A stretch of 64,000 nucleotides of DNA, from positions 608,001-672,000 of the forward strand of contig CAVRAL010000004.1 in the NCBI GenBank assembly GCA_963719085.1. The letters run 5' to 3'. The position numbers and the translations under genes are program-made. The notes beneath the pieces are model-generated. The model saw only the letters and a list, made by a program, of their open reading frames with translations. It made no database searches and was not told the origin of the DNA. Numbering within the stretch: the first letter of the stretch is position 1; every line of letters starts with the position of its first letter. Positions 38,924 through 48,739 of the stretch are shown here, in pieces. Origin of the DNA: a candidate division FCPU426 bacterium. Lineage in GTDB: Bacteria; Oederibacteriota; Muellerivitia; Muellerivitales; Muellerivitaceae.

Positions 38924-39018
38924 CGGTATTCCCCTTTAAGCGGATGCTTCGTCCTATAATACGCCAAGGTCCCCAAGGGGTTACCAGCCCCTTAATTTCT
39001 TTTTATCAGGAGTCATTC

Positions 39019-39258
39019 ATGCCCGAACCCCACATCGCCGCCAAACAGCCCGCCGCCGTCGAGCTGGAGGCCGGAAAAACCTACGCTTGGTGCGCTTGCG
39101 GCCATTCGGCCAAGCAGCCCTTTTGCGATGGATCCCATAAGGACCATGGATTCAGCCCCCTGGTTTTCAAGGCCGAGGAAACCAAAACCGCCTACTTATG
39201 CCAATGCAAGCACACCAAGACGCCGCCCTTTTGCGACGGAACCCACAAACACGTCTGA
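39019..39258 (+). CDS. Tandem CDGSH iron-sulfur protein (MiNT/CISD3-like)
   Basis: CACGHS.KQPFCDGSH and CQCKHT..PPFCDGTH; AGGAG SD. Confidence 0.92.
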   Translation: MPEPHIAAKQPAAVELEAGKTYAWCACGHSAKQPFCDGSHKDHGFSPLVFKAEETKTAYLCQCKHTKTPPFCDGTHKHV

Positions 39259-39270
39259 GGAAGGGCTCGC

Positions 39271-39675
39271 GTGAATTTTTTAGCCTTAAAAATCATCGGA
39301 CGACTTTGCCTAAGCGGGCTTTTTATCATTTCCGCGGCCGCCGATTGTTTGAACTGGCTCCCCATGACCATGGTTTTAACCCATAAGGGCGTTCCCTTCT
39401 CGCCCTGGTTTTTGGCCATCGCGGTCCTTTTAAAACTGGTCGGGGGAACCTTACTGGCGCTGGGAATAAAAACCCGCTGGGCGGTGGCGGCGTTGGTGTT
39501 GTTTCTTTTACCGGCCACTTTTATTTTTCACGATTTTTGGGCGGCCGCCCCGGAGGACAAGTCGGATCAATTCATCCACTTTTTAAAAAACGGGGCCATC
39601 TTGGGCGGGCTTTTTATTTTGGCCGCCGAGCCTCCGGCGGCTTCCGCTCCCAAACCTAAAAAACGCCGGCGTTAG
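39271..39675 (+). CDS. DoxX-family membrane protein
   Basis: GRL.L..LF, FHDFW, FLKN.AILGGL. Confidence 0.85.
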   Translation: MNFLALKIIGRLCLSGLFIISAAADCLNWLPMTMVLTHKGVPFSPWFLAIAVLLKLVGGTLLALGIKTRWAVAALVLFLLPATFIFHDFWAAAPEDKSDQFIHFLKNGAILGGLFILAAEPPAASAPKPKKRRR

Positions 39676-41190
39676 TTATTCCACATCCTTGGCGTTCCAA
39701 GGCTCCAGCGGCGGGGTCCAATGTTGAAAAGCCTTCGGAAGCGCGGGCGTCACGAGATCGCGCAAAAACGCCTTATGCCAAATCCCCAAGGCCAATCCGC
39801 TCAAAGCCATGATCCAAAGGGCGGCGGTTAAAACCCCGGGGCCCTTTTTGAGCGGAACCGGCGGGATGGCTGAATGGGGCTCGGGCCGGGTGAAGAGCCG
39901 CCAACCCAAAAAACACAAAAAATAAAAACTAAATCCATAGGCCGCCAAAAGGGCCGCGGCTAAAAACCACTGCTGCTGCTGAAGGGCCGACTCCAACAAG
40001 TAGACCTTGCCATAAAAGCCGCCCCAAGGCGGAATCCCCACCAAATTAAATCCCAGCAAAACAAATCCCGCCGCGATCCAGGGCTGGCGCCGGCCCGCGC
40101 CGCGTAGCCGGGCCATTTCGTCCGTGCCGGCGGCCTCTTCCAACCAAGCGCCCAGATAAAAAAGTCCGGCCACGGTCACCAGTTGATTCGCCAATTCCAG
40201 CAAAACGCCTTGAAGCGCGATGGTGGTTCCCAAAACAAATCCCGCCAGCACATACCCCAAAGACGCCACGCTTAAAAAACCCGCGGCCTGGGTCCAGCTT
40301 TTGGCCCGGCTGGCGGCCCAAAAATGGCCGAAGAAAAAAACCGCGGCGGTTTGTTCCAGAATCGTCAGCCAAACCGGCGGATGGAAATCCGGCGCGCCTA
40401 AGGTTGAAAAATAAAGCTCAAAAAGTAAAAGCGCGGCGGCGCGCCCCAAAACGGGCGCCAGGAAAGCTGTCAACGTCGAGGGGATCCGCGAAAGAAGGTT
40501 TCGAAAAAGAACCGGCGCGGGAAACATTAAAGGCAGGCTTAAACCGACCGTCACCCAAAATCCGGCGAATCCGATGAGGCCTCCGTTTTTCAAAATCAGA
40601 AGCTGGGAAAGCGTATCGTCCAAATCCAGGGTTCCGGTTCCGGCGTATAAATAAAGAAACCCTAAAAGTAAAAAGGAAGCGCCGGCGCTTCCCCAAAAGA
40701 CAAAACGAAAAGCCGTTAAAAAGGCCTCGGGCCCCGACCGGGCGATCAAAAGCCCGGACGCCAAAAGCGCCAACTCCACCCAAAGATAAAAACCAAATAA
40801 ATCACGGGTCAATGCCAAGGCCGTCAGGCTTCCGGCAAGAAGCAAAAGGGCGGAGTCGAAAAAATCCGGATGGAAAAAAACAGGTTTTTTGAGCGTGGCC
40901 GCCAGGGTCAAAGTTAAAAGGGCGAGTAAATAAAGAAGTGTGGTCCAAAAACAGCCAAAGGGCGTTAACTGAATTTCGATTCCCCAAGGCGCCGCCCACC
41001 CCCCCAATTCATAATGCCAAACCCCGATCGCCAGCGTTTCAACCGCGGCTTGAATCGAAAGCCCTATTCCGGCCGCCGCGATAAGGCAGGCCAGCCCTTT
41101 TGATATTTTGGGCCACTTCCAAGCCAGGACCCACACGAAAAACATCCCCAGGAAAGGCAGCGCGAATAAAAGAACCGGGATCATCGCCAT
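39676..41190 (-). CDS. MrpD/MnhD-like antiporter-module subunit (degenerate)
   Basis: Y.LGGWAAPWGIE, TGTL, GIPP.GGF.GK; many TM helices. Confidence 0.8.
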   Translation of the reverse strand: MAMIPVLLFALPFLGMFFVWVLAWKWPKISKGLACLIAAAGIGLSIQAAVETLAIGVWHYELGGWAAPWGIEIQLTPFGCFWTTLLYLLALLTLTLAATLKKPVFFHPDFFDSALLLLAGSLTALALTRDLFGFYLWVELALLASGLLIARSGPEAFLTAFRFVFWGSAGASFLLLGFLYLYAGTGTLDLDDTLSQLLILKNGGLIGFAGFWVTVGLSLPLMFPAPVLFRNLLSRIPSTLTAFLAPVLGRAAALLLFELYFSTLGAPDFHPPVWLTILEQTAAVFFFGHFWAASRAKSWTQAAGFLSVASLGYVLAGFVLGTTIALQGVLLELANQLVTVAGLFYLGAWLEEAAGTDEMARLRGAGRRQPWIAAGFVLLGFNLVGIPPWGGFYGKVYLLESALQQQQWFLAAALLAAYGFSFYFLCFLGWRLFTRPEPHSAIPPVPLKKGPGVLTAALWIMALSGLALGIWHKAFLRDLVTPALPKAFQHWTPPLEPWNAKDVE

Positions 41191-41483
41191 TCCTCTTTTC
41201 GCGAGAGGATTCTTTCATCCAGGCTTTTCTTTTCTTTGCGGATCAAGCGGGCCAATAGGAGCAAAAACCCCGCGACGGCCAGGGTCAGGATCAAAAGATC
41301 CCCTCCCAAGGCCGCCGGCAAGGGATTACGGCCCCCTTCGGTCAGGGAAAAAAGCAAAAACAAGAACCCCAATTGAAAAACAAGCCAAGCTCCTATTTTT
41401 TTAAGCAGATGGGTTTGGGAAAACAGGCCGTAAAGTCCCGTCATCCAAAAAAGCAGGGCCGCGCCATCGAGGAAGGGGCTCAT
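41181..41483 (-). CDS. MrpC/MnhC-like subunit (degenerate)
   Basis: GLYGL....LLKKI, NPLP.AL, three TM helices. Confidence 0.75.
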   Translation of the reverse strand: MSPFLDGAALLFWMTGLYGLFSQTHLLKKIGAWLVFQLGFLFLLFSLTEGGRNPLPAALGGDLLILTLAVAGFLLLLARLIRKEKKSLDERILSRKEEWR

Positions 41484-42040
41484 CGTTCGGCCTCCGGCGT
41501 GAAAAAAGCCCGGATAAAAAAGACCACCGTGAAAAGAACCCCGAGGACCGCCAGAAACCCGCCGGCCAATCGGATTTCGGAAGGCGCGAAGGGAAAGGGC
41601 AAGGTCTCATAATCCAGAAAGTTACTTCCACCGGCCAAGCCAAGAAGCCCCAAGCCCCAAACCCAAACCGGACCGATCAAACATAAAAGCGCCGAAGGGG
41701 TCAAAATCTTTTTCTTCCCGCTTCCCATCAAAAAAAAACCAAGCGAGGCGGTGAACCACAAAAGGGAAAGAACCGCCAAATCCAAGGATCGGTAATCGTC
41801 AAAAACCGCCAAAGCCGGATGGGATTGGCCGGTTTCCAAAGCACCCCGCTCAAAATAACGGGAAGCCACATGGGTCAGCAGGGGCGAATCGGAGTCTGTT
41901 CCGATGGAAGGTAGTTTGGAAAACCCGACAGCGGCCAAGACCCCGAAGGCCAACACAAGCCCCCCCAGGCCGAATTGAGAGGCGCCTTGGAATTTTCGGG
42001 CGCGCGCGCCGTGTCGAATGAAGGCTGAACTTTTTGGCAT
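41480..42040 (-). CDS. MrpB/MnhB-like subunit (shortened)
   Basis: Y......ETG......V..DYR..D and GG.NFLDY motifs; ATG 42040 lies downstream of the promoter. Confidence 0.65.
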   Translation of the reverse strand: MPKSSAFIRHGARARKFQGASQFGLGGLVLAFGVLAAVGFSKLPSIGTDSDSPLLTHVASRYFERGALETGQSHPALAVFDDYRSLDLAVLSLLWFTASLGFFLMGSGKKKILTPSALLCLIGPVWVWGLGLLGLAGGSNFLDYETLPFPFAPSEIRLAGGFLAVLGVLFTVVFFIRAFFTPEAER

Positions 42041-42077
42041 AATCGCTTTCAACGGCTTTCGGATAAAGAAAAACCCT

Positions 42078-42106
42078 ATCCTAGTCAGGCCCTTTAGGGC
42101 CGTCAA
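42078..42106 (-). promoter_or_regulatory. Sigma70-type promoter of the mrp-like genes
   Basis: TTGACG-17-TAGGAT; palindrome GGCCCT-aa-AGGGCC spans the end of the -35 and the spacer. Confidence 0.65.
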
Positions 42107-42144
42107 TGTTCAAGTCGAAGGTCCGTTGAGTTCGGTTTTAACTT

Positions 42145-42981
42145 TTATTGAATCAATTTGGGGCGGATGGATCTCACGGCGAAAAATCCAAGCACCCAAG
42201 GCACAACCAGCGTATAGGCGAGGCTGACCGGCCAATCGGCCTCAAAATGACCGGTGGTGAGCATGCGGGTCAGGTGCACCGGATGGAACAGCGGCAGCCA
42301 ATAGGCGCAGAAGGCCACGGCCTTGGGCAGCTTGTCCACCGGGAAAAGTGTCCCGGAAAAAAGCGTCAGGGGCGAGATAACCCCGGAAATGAAAAAATTA
42401 AACTGGGAAATGTCTTTCACCAATCGCACCGCGAAAAGGCCGAGGCTGCCAAAAAGCACCGCCGTGAGGAATCCCACGAAAGGCACCAGCAGGGCCCAAG
42501 GCGAATGCACCAGCCCCCAAAGCGCGAAGACCCCCAAGACCCCGGTGGAAAAAAGGGCGCCCTTGGTGCCGTGGTAGATCAATTCCCCCCAAAAGATATC
42601 GGAGACGCTTAAAGGCGTCACCAGCATGGAATCGTAGTTGTGGTCCATCTCCATGCGGAAATAAGTGCCGTAGGACATGTCAAAGGCCGCCGAAAAAACC
42701 GCCGCCACCATGACCTGGCCGGGCGCGATGAAGGAAAGGTAATCCATTCCGCCCATCCCGCCGATGGAGGAAGCCAATCCCCAACCCACCGCCGTGATGA
42801 AGATGATCGGCTCCACCACGATGAAAAAGGAATTGGTGAAAAAGTTGCGCCGGTAAACGATGAAGTGGCGCGTCCAGATGGCGGCGAGCTTTTGAAAAAG
42901 CGACGGCAGGGGCCTATCGGCCCGCGCCGAGAAGAACGAAAGGCCTCGTCCCGAACGAGGTGAGGGATCATTCGCTTTCAT
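42145..42981 (-). CDS. ABC-2 permease, NodJ-like
   Basis: EP.....G.GL, Y..F.APG, TP....DI..GE, FSGT.FP. Confidence 0.85.
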   Translation of the reverse strand: MKANDPSPRSGRGLSFFSARADRPLPSLFQKLAAIWTRHFIVYRRNFFTNSFFIVVEPIIFITAVGWGLASSIGGMGGMDYLSFIAPGQVMVAAVFSAAFDMSYGTYFRMEMDHNYDSMLVTPLSVSDIFWGELIYHGTKGALFSTGVLGVFALWGLVHSPWALLVPFVGFLTAVLFGSLGLFAVRLVKDISQFNFFISGVISPLTLFSGTLFPVDKLPKAVAFCAYWLPLFHPVHLTRMLTTGHFEADWPVSLAYTLVVPWVLGFFAVRSIRPKLIQ

Positions 42982-43873
42982 GCAGGTCCCTTCCCGTGAG
43001 TTTTAGAAATAAGTCCTCAAGCCCCGTGGGCCTGATTTGAAAGTTTCTTTTCAACCGCCCCGCCAATCGGTGAAGCTCGCTCGGGGACTTCGCGTAAAGG
43101 AATACCCGGTCCTGGAATCGGTCCACTTTCACCGCGCGGGGCGGTTTGGGCAGGCGCAGGGAAGCCGGGACTTCCATCACGAAGGGCGGCAGGTATTTTT
43201 GAATGAGCCCGCCCGGTTCCCCTTGCGCCAGCACCTTGCCCCGATCCATCACCATCAAGCGGTCGCACAATTGCTGGGCCTCTTCCATGTAATGGGTCGT
43301 GAGCAGGAGGGTGACGCCCCGCTTTTTGAGCTCCCGCAATTTCACCCAAATCAGGTGCCGCACCTGCGGGTCCAGTCCTGTGGTGGGCTCGTCCAGGATG
43401 AGAAGCTCGGGGTCGTTCAAGAGCGCGCGCGCGATCACGAGACGCCGCTTCATGCCCCCCGAAAGTTCCCGGATGCGGGCGGAGGCCTTTTCTTCCAGCG
43501 ACACGAATTTGAGCAGTTCCCCGATTTTTTTCCGGGCGATCAAACGCGGCAGGCCAAAATAACCGGAATAAATTTTGAGGTTCTCTTCGACGCTAATCTC
43601 GTCATCCAGATTGTCGGACTGGGCCACCACGCCCAAACGGTTTTTTAGGGCCGAGGCCGAATGGTCCGGGTCCAACCCCAAGACGCTTAAAGTTCCCGAA
43701 GTGCGGGGCGAGAAGCAATAAATCATCTTCATCAAGGTGGATTTGCCCGCGCCGTTGGGGCCGAGGAAGCCGAAGCACTCTCCGGGCTTGACGGAAAAGT
43801 CGACGCCATCCACGGCTTTAAACTCACCGTACTTTTTGACCAGCGTCTTGGCTTCGATTAGAGGTGCCGACAT
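42968..43873 (-). CDS. ABC ATPase, NodI-like
   Basis: GECFGFLGPNGAGKST, Q.DNLD, LSGGMKRRL, DEPTTGLDPQ.RH. Confidence 0.9.
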   Translation of the reverse strand: MSAPLIEAKTLVKKYGEFKAVDGVDFSVKPGECFGFLGPNGAGKSTLMKMIYCFSPRTSGTLSVLGLDPDHSASALKNRLGVVAQSDNLDDEISVEENLKIYSGYFGLPRLIARKKIGELLKFVSLEEKASARIRELSGGMKRRLVIARALLNDPELLILDEPTTGLDPQVRHLIWVKLRELKKRGVTLLLTTHYMEEAQQLCDRLMVMDRGKVLAQGEPGGLIQKYLPPFVMEVPASLRLPKPPRAVKVDRFQDRVFLYAKSPSELHRLAGRLKRNFQIRPTGLEDLFLKLTGRDLHESE

Positions 43874-43920
43874 GGAGGCTCCGGTTTTGAAATGGGCGCC
43901 AGCCTACCCAAAAAGGAGCC

Positions 43921-43960
43921 AAAAGAAAAGAAGGGAGAACCTTGAAGCGCTCTCCCTTCT
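43921..43960 (-). terminator. Intrinsic terminator after the RND gene
   Basis: agaagggaga/tctcccttct stem, T-rich tail on the minus strand. Confidence 0.7.
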
Positions 43961-43999
43961 AAAAACGAGGCGGCGTCAACTGGGGAAAAAACCAGCGGG

Positions 44000-46900
44000 T
44001 CAGCGCTTTTTAAGGGCGGGTTTGCGCGCGTCGAGCCCGGTTAATTTTCTCACCCACAAACGCAAGTCATCCATATACCCGAAAATGGAGGGCACAATGA
44101 AAAGCGTCAGAATGAGGGAGCTCAAGAGTCCGCCTTCCACCGCGACCCCCATGGACTGGCGGAACTTGCCGACTTCGGTCAAGGCCAGGGCCAGGGGCAG
44201 CATGCCCATGATCAGCGAAAAAGTCGTCATGAGAATCGGCCGGAGCCGGACCTTCCCCGCCATCTTCAAGGCATCCTCGCGCGAGTAGCCTTTCTTTTGC
44301 ATCTGCAGGGTGTAGTCCACCAACAGGATGGAGTTTTTCGTCACCAGCCCTAAAAGCATGATGATGGAGATCCAACTGAAGACGTTCAAGGACTGTCCCG
44401 TAATAAAGAGCGCGAAGAAGGCGCCCACGATGGCCAAAGGAATGGCCATCATGATGGTGAGGGGCAAAATCGGCGATTCGTAAAGGCTGGCCAAGATCAT
44501 ATAGGTGAAAAGCAGGGCCAATCCCACGGCCATCAGCATACTGATGCCCAAGTCCTTATAGTCTTCCGCCTGACCGACGAACTCATAGCGCACGCCCGGG
44601 GGAAATTGGATGGTTTTGACGATCTTTTGCGCGTCCGTCAGGATATTGCCCAGGTTGCCGTCCTTGCCCAATTGGCCCGAGATCATGATGTAGCGGGCGC
44701 GGTCCTGCCGGTTGATCTTGGCCGGGCCTTCGGTGGTAACCGGCTTCGCGATATCGGACAGGCGCACCAAGTTATCGTTTTGGTTGGGGACTAAAATTTG
44801 GTTGAAGTCTTTTTCCAAATTCTGCTGGTCATCCTGCACCCGGACCCGGATGTCGTAATCCAGCCCGTTTTGCCGGAACTTGGCCGGGGTTTGGCCTTCC
44901 ACTTGGGTGCGCAGTTCCATGCCGGCTTCCTCGCCGGACACGCCGTAGAGGCGCAATTTTTCCGGGTCCAAAACCGCTTGAAATTCCGGTTTGCCCCCGT
45001 CATAGGTGGACTGCACATCCTCCAAACCATGAATGCCGCGGATCTTATCGGCCACCTGCTGGGCGAAGGGCACCAAGGTCGCGTAATCCTGCCCGATCAG
45101 GTTCAAGTTGAAGGGCGCCACGTCCCCAAAGCCGCTTTGGTCGGCCACCTGCGGATTGAGGCTTTGTTGATAGGGCTTTAGTTCGTCGCGCACCTCGTCC
45201 TTGAGTTGGGCCGTGGTCTTCACGCGCTTATCGTAATGCAGCAGCTTCACGTAAAGCCGCGCCGTGTTGGAATCTTGCTGGGCCACGCCGGTCGAGTCCG
45301 TCCCGCCGATGGTGTCCGATACCAATACCACTTCAGGATGCTTGCGGATCAGGTTATCCACCACCATGGTTTGGTCCCGCATGGATTCCAAGGAGGTGCC
45401 TGGAGCGGCCTTGAGCTGCACCACAAACTCGCCCACATCGGACGAAGGCAGGAAGGTCGATTTAATATGGGGTCCGAGGCCGATCACGGAAAAAACGAAA
45501 AGTAAAAAAGCGCCGATCACCACCCAAAGCCGGTGCTTCAGGCACCAATCGATGAGCAGCGTGTAACGGTCTTCCAAAGTGGTTTGAAAATCATCAAACC
45601 ACCTCAGAAAAAGGCTAACCGGGTTCCGGGTGGGTTTTTGAACGCTTTTTTTACCCAAGTAGGCCGAAAGCATCGGCCCCATGACCAGCGCCTCGAAGAG
45701 CGACACCGCCATGGCGAAACAAACCGTCAGGCCGAACTCCCGGAAAAACTGGCCAATGGTTCCCTTTAAAAAGGCGATCGGGAAAAAAACCGCGATCACC
45801 ACCGAGGAAGTGGCGATCACCGCCAGCATGACCTCGAGCGCCCCATCCACCGCCGCTTTTTTGGGGTCTTCCCCGTTCTCGATATGACGCCAGATATTTT
45901 CGCGTACCACAATGGCGTCGTCGATGAGAAGCCCCACCGCCAACGACAGCGCCAAGAGCGTCATCACGTTCAGGGTGAAGCCCATGGCGTGCATCAGAAT
46001 GAAAGCGCCCAGGAGCGAGACCGGAAGCGATGTCACCGTGATAAAGGTCGAGCGGATATTACCCAGGAAAATGAAGACCACCAGCACGGTCAGCGAAATG
46101 CCCAGCAGGATCGTTCGCTTCACGTCATCCAGGTTGAGCCGCACGGGAAGCGCGGCTTCCTGCACCAGCGCGATCTGGGCCGCGCCGGGGCGGCTTTTGA
46201 GGTCCTCGTTGATTTTGTTCATGCGGGCCATCACGCCGTCCACCACGGCCACCGTATTGGCCTTGGATTGTTTATAGACCTGCAAAATGAGGGCGGGTTG
46301 GCCGTCCACATAGCTGTAGCCCGTGGGCTTGACGGTGGAATCTTCCACCGTGCCGAGCCGCTCCACCGGCACCGAGACATCGGACCCCGTGAAATTCACC
46401 GAGGTCTGCTTAAGGCGGTTCAAGTCGTCATATTGGCCCACGGACCGGAAGGTCAAATTTTGGCCGTCCACATTCACGTCGCCCACCGGCACGTTTTCGC
46501 CGTTGAGGCCGATGCGGTCCGACACATGGGACGCGCTGATATGGTAGGCGTTGAGTTTGGTCCGGTCCAAAAGCACGTGGATTTCGCGTTTGGTGCCGCC
46601 TTGAATATTGACCACGCCCACGCCCGGCACCTGCGCGATGTCGGGCTTGATCACTTGGTCCGCCAAGTCAAACGCGTCCGCCGCCGATAGGGACGATTTG
46701 AGGCTGATCTGGATCACCGCTTGGTCCGAAGGGTCCATCCGGCGGATGACCGGCTCATCCACGCCCTTCGGGAGCTGGGGGCGCACGAAGGCCACCCGGT
46801 CGCGCACCTGCTGTTCGGCGTCTTTGGCGTCGGTTTCCAGGGTGAACTGCACCACCACCGTGGAAAAACCCTCCTGGTTGGTGGACGTGACTTTCTTCAC

Positions 46901-47128
46901 GCCTTGCAACGAGCTGAGTTCTTCTTCCAGGGGTTTGGAAATTTGGCTCTCAATTTCCTCGGGCGAGGCGCCTTGATAAGGCGTGGAGACGAACACGAAA
47001 GGAAAGCTCACGTCGGGGAAAAGGTCCACTCCCAGCGAGTCATAGGCCAGGGCGCCCATAATCATGAGGAGAATGACCAGACAGCTGACGAAGACCGGAC
47101 GGTTGACGGCGAGTTGGGGAAGGTTCAC
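44000..47128 (-). CDS. RND efflux permease (AcrB/HAE1 family)
   Basis: 1042 aa; GLLIDDAIVV.EN, GLVTKNSILLVD and RLRPILMT proton-relay motifs. Confidence 0.95.
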   Translation of the reverse strand: MNLPQLAVNRPVFVSCLVILLMIMGALAYDSLGVDLFPDVSFPFVFVSTPYQGASPEEIESQISKPLEEELSSLQGVKKVTSTNQEGFSTVVVQFTLETDAKDAEQQVRDRVAFVRPQLPKGVDEPVIRRMDPSDQAVIQISLKSSLSAADAFDLADQVIKPDIAQVPGVGVVNIQGGTKREIHVLLDRTKLNAYHISASHVSDRIGLNGENVPVGDVNVDGQNLTFRSVGQYDDLNRLKQTSVNFTGSDVSVPVERLGTVEDSTVKPTGYSYVDGQPALILQVYKQSKANTVAVVDGVMARMNKINEDLKSRPGAAQIALVQEAALPVRLNLDDVKRTILLGISLTVLVVFIFLGNIRSTFITVTSLPVSLLGAFILMHAMGFTLNVMTLLALSLAVGLLIDDAIVVRENIWRHIENGEDPKKAAVDGALEVMLAVIATSSVVIAVFFPIAFLKGTIGQFFREFGLTVCFAMAVSLFEALVMGPMLSAYLGKKSVQKPTRNPVSLFLRWFDDFQTTLEDRYTLLIDWCLKHRLWVVIGAFLLFVFSVIGLGPHIKSTFLPSSDVGEFVVQLKAAPGTSLESMRDQTMVVDNLIRKHPEVVLVSDTIGGTDSTGVAQQDSNTARLYVKLLHYDKRVKTTAQLKDEVRDELKPYQQSLNPQVADQSGFGDVAPFNLNLIGQDYATLVPFAQQVADKIRGIHGLEDVQSTYDGGKPEFQAVLDPEKLRLYGVSGEEAGMELRTQVEGQTPAKFRQNGLDYDIRVRVQDDQQNLEKDFNQILVPNQNDNLVRLSDIAKPVTTEGPAKINRQDRARYIMISGQLGKDGNLGNILTDAQKIVKTIQFPPGVRYEFVGQAEDYKDLGISMLMAVGLALLFTYMILASLYESPILPLTIMMAIPLAIVGAFFALFITGQSLNVFSWISIIMLLGLVTKNSILLVDYTLQMQKKGYSREDALKMAGKVRLRPILMTTFSLIMGMLPLALALTEVGKFRQSMGVAVEGGLLSSLILTLFIVPSIFGYMDDLRLWVRKLTGLDARKPALKKR

Positions 47129-48603
47129 GGTTTGTCTCCTGGGGCGGCGTCGGGCGTTTCAGTCGCCATCCACCATTGAGCTTCGGCTAAAAGCGAAAGT
47201 TTTTCCGCGATGACCGATAAATGGTTCAACCGAGCGGCGTTGTAATCGTTCTCAAAAGATAAAAGCTGAAACTCGGTGGTTCGGCCGAACTCGAGCCTTT
47301 GCTTTTCCTGGTCCGCCTTGTTTTTTTGGATGTCCTCAATTTGCGCGGTCATGTCGAGCCGCTGGTTCACGTCGGACAACTTATCCGAAAGGTCTTTCCA
47401 ATCTTGCGCCACCTGCACCTGTTTGTCCTTCAAGGCCAGGGCCGCGCTTTCGTAGTTTTTCTTAAATCCCTCGGCCACCTGGGAAGCGGTGAAAACATCC
47501 AGCGGCAGGTTGAACTGCGCGCCAATGTCATAAGTCGGATGATTGGCGCTAAAGGCTTGGCTGTTGGCCGGGACAAAACTGGGGTCTAATCCGTTGCCCC
47601 GCCAATCGGCCTTCGCGGTGATGTCCGGATAGACATTCTGGTGGGCCGCGTCATAGGCGGCCTTTTGCTCCGCCGCGGTATCCTCGGACGCTTTGAGGTC
47701 CAGCCGTTCGGGAAGGCTGGCGGGAATGTCCACCGTCAATTGATCCAGCGAATTCTGTAAATCGTCCAATTGTTCCGGAACTTGGTTGACGGAAGCCCCC
47801 CGATAACGGTTGAACGAAAGCCTTGCGGAACGCTCTTGCTGCTGCGCCATGTCCAAATCCAGCGCCGCCAGGCGGACGGAGGCCTCGGCTTGCAAGGCGT
47901 CGGGCGGATCGGCGAGATTGCGGGCGACCCGCTTTTTCGTCCAGTCCCAAATTTTTTGGGTGCGGTCCAGCGTATCCTGCCGGATCACCAAGGCTTGCCG
48001 GGCCAAGGCTAAATTCCAGTAGGCGACCTTCGCGTTATAAAGCTCCTGTTCCCTTTGAAACGCCGCGCTTTGGGCCGCTGATTCAAATTGATATTGGACT
48101 TGTTTGACGCCCGCCCCGGTTTGAGCTCCCCCAAAATCTTTAAAAAGCGGCACCGAAAGCGAAATCACCGGGCTCACTTGGTAATAAGAAGTTGGGATGA
48201 CGGAGGGGTTGATGCCCGCGTTGGTAAAAAACTCATTCTCCACATCCGAAAGCGGAGAGTTGATGTCTAAAAACTCATATCCCACCGAAAGCTTGGGTCC
48301 AAAGGGAAAAATATCCGTAATGGAAACGCCCGCCGTGTCGGTTTGAGTATGGGGTCCGGCGAAAGGATTCGCCTGGGTGGATTGATCATCCTCGTGGTTA
48401 TAGCTGGCCGTCAAAACCGGCGAGTAGGTCAGGTCTTGCTGGTGCGATTGCTTTTCATAGCCTTCCACCGCGGCGGCTTGGGCTTGATAGTCGAAGCCTT
48501 GGGTCTTCACCTGGTTCAAATACTCCGAGAGTGAAAGGGATTGGGCGTTCAAAAGGGGCGCGGCTAAAAATAAACCGAAGGTGAAAAAAAGGCGGCGTCG
48601 CAT
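47125..48603 (-). CDS. TolC-family outer-membrane protein
   Basis: Signal peptide, LSL.EYL, AYWNL, R.DL, GRTT.FQLL.FE; stop overlaps the RND start (GTGA). Confidence 0.8.
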   Translation of the reverse strand: MRRRLFFTFGLFLAAPLLNAQSLSLSEYLNQVKTQGFDYQAQAAAVEGYEKQSHQQDLTYSPVLTASYNHEDDQSTQANPFAGPHTQTDTAGVSITDIFPFGPKLSVGYEFLDINSPLSDVENEFFTNAGINPSVIPTSYYQVSPVISLSVPLFKDFGGAQTGAGVKQVQYQFESAAQSAAFQREQELYNAKVAYWNLALARQALVIRQDTLDRTQKIWDWTKKRVARNLADPPDALQAEASVRLAALDLDMAQQQERSARLSFNRYRGASVNQVPEQLDDLQNSLDQLTVDIPASLPERLDLKASEDTAAEQKAAYDAAHQNVYPDITAKADWRGNGLDPSFVPANSQAFSANHPTYDIGAQFNLPLDVFTASQVAEGFKKNYESAALALKDKQVQVAQDWKDLSDKLSDVNQRLDMTAQIEDIQKNKADQEKQRLEFGRTTEFQLLSFENDYNAARLNHLSVIAEKLSLLAEAQWWMATETPDAAPGDKP

Positions 48604-48651
48604 GGAGTCTCCTCAAAAATAACTTCATCATTTTCAAAACCTGGAATCAGA

Positions 48652-48680
48652 AATCTACCGATCGGTCGGCTAATTGTCAA
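48652..48680 (-). promoter_or_regulatory. Sigma70 promoter with palindromic operator
   Basis: TTGACA-17-TAGATT; ACCGATCGGT palindrome at 48657-48666. Confidence 0.7.
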
Positions 48681-48739
48681 TCCCCCGAAAAGGACTTCAA
48701 AGCCCCCCAAACAAGGAAAATCGCCCCGGCGATTTGGTC

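Noticed and set aside
42145..43873. Nod-factor export or symbiosis function
   Set aside because: NodIJ-like ABC pairs are widespread and no nodABC genes are present
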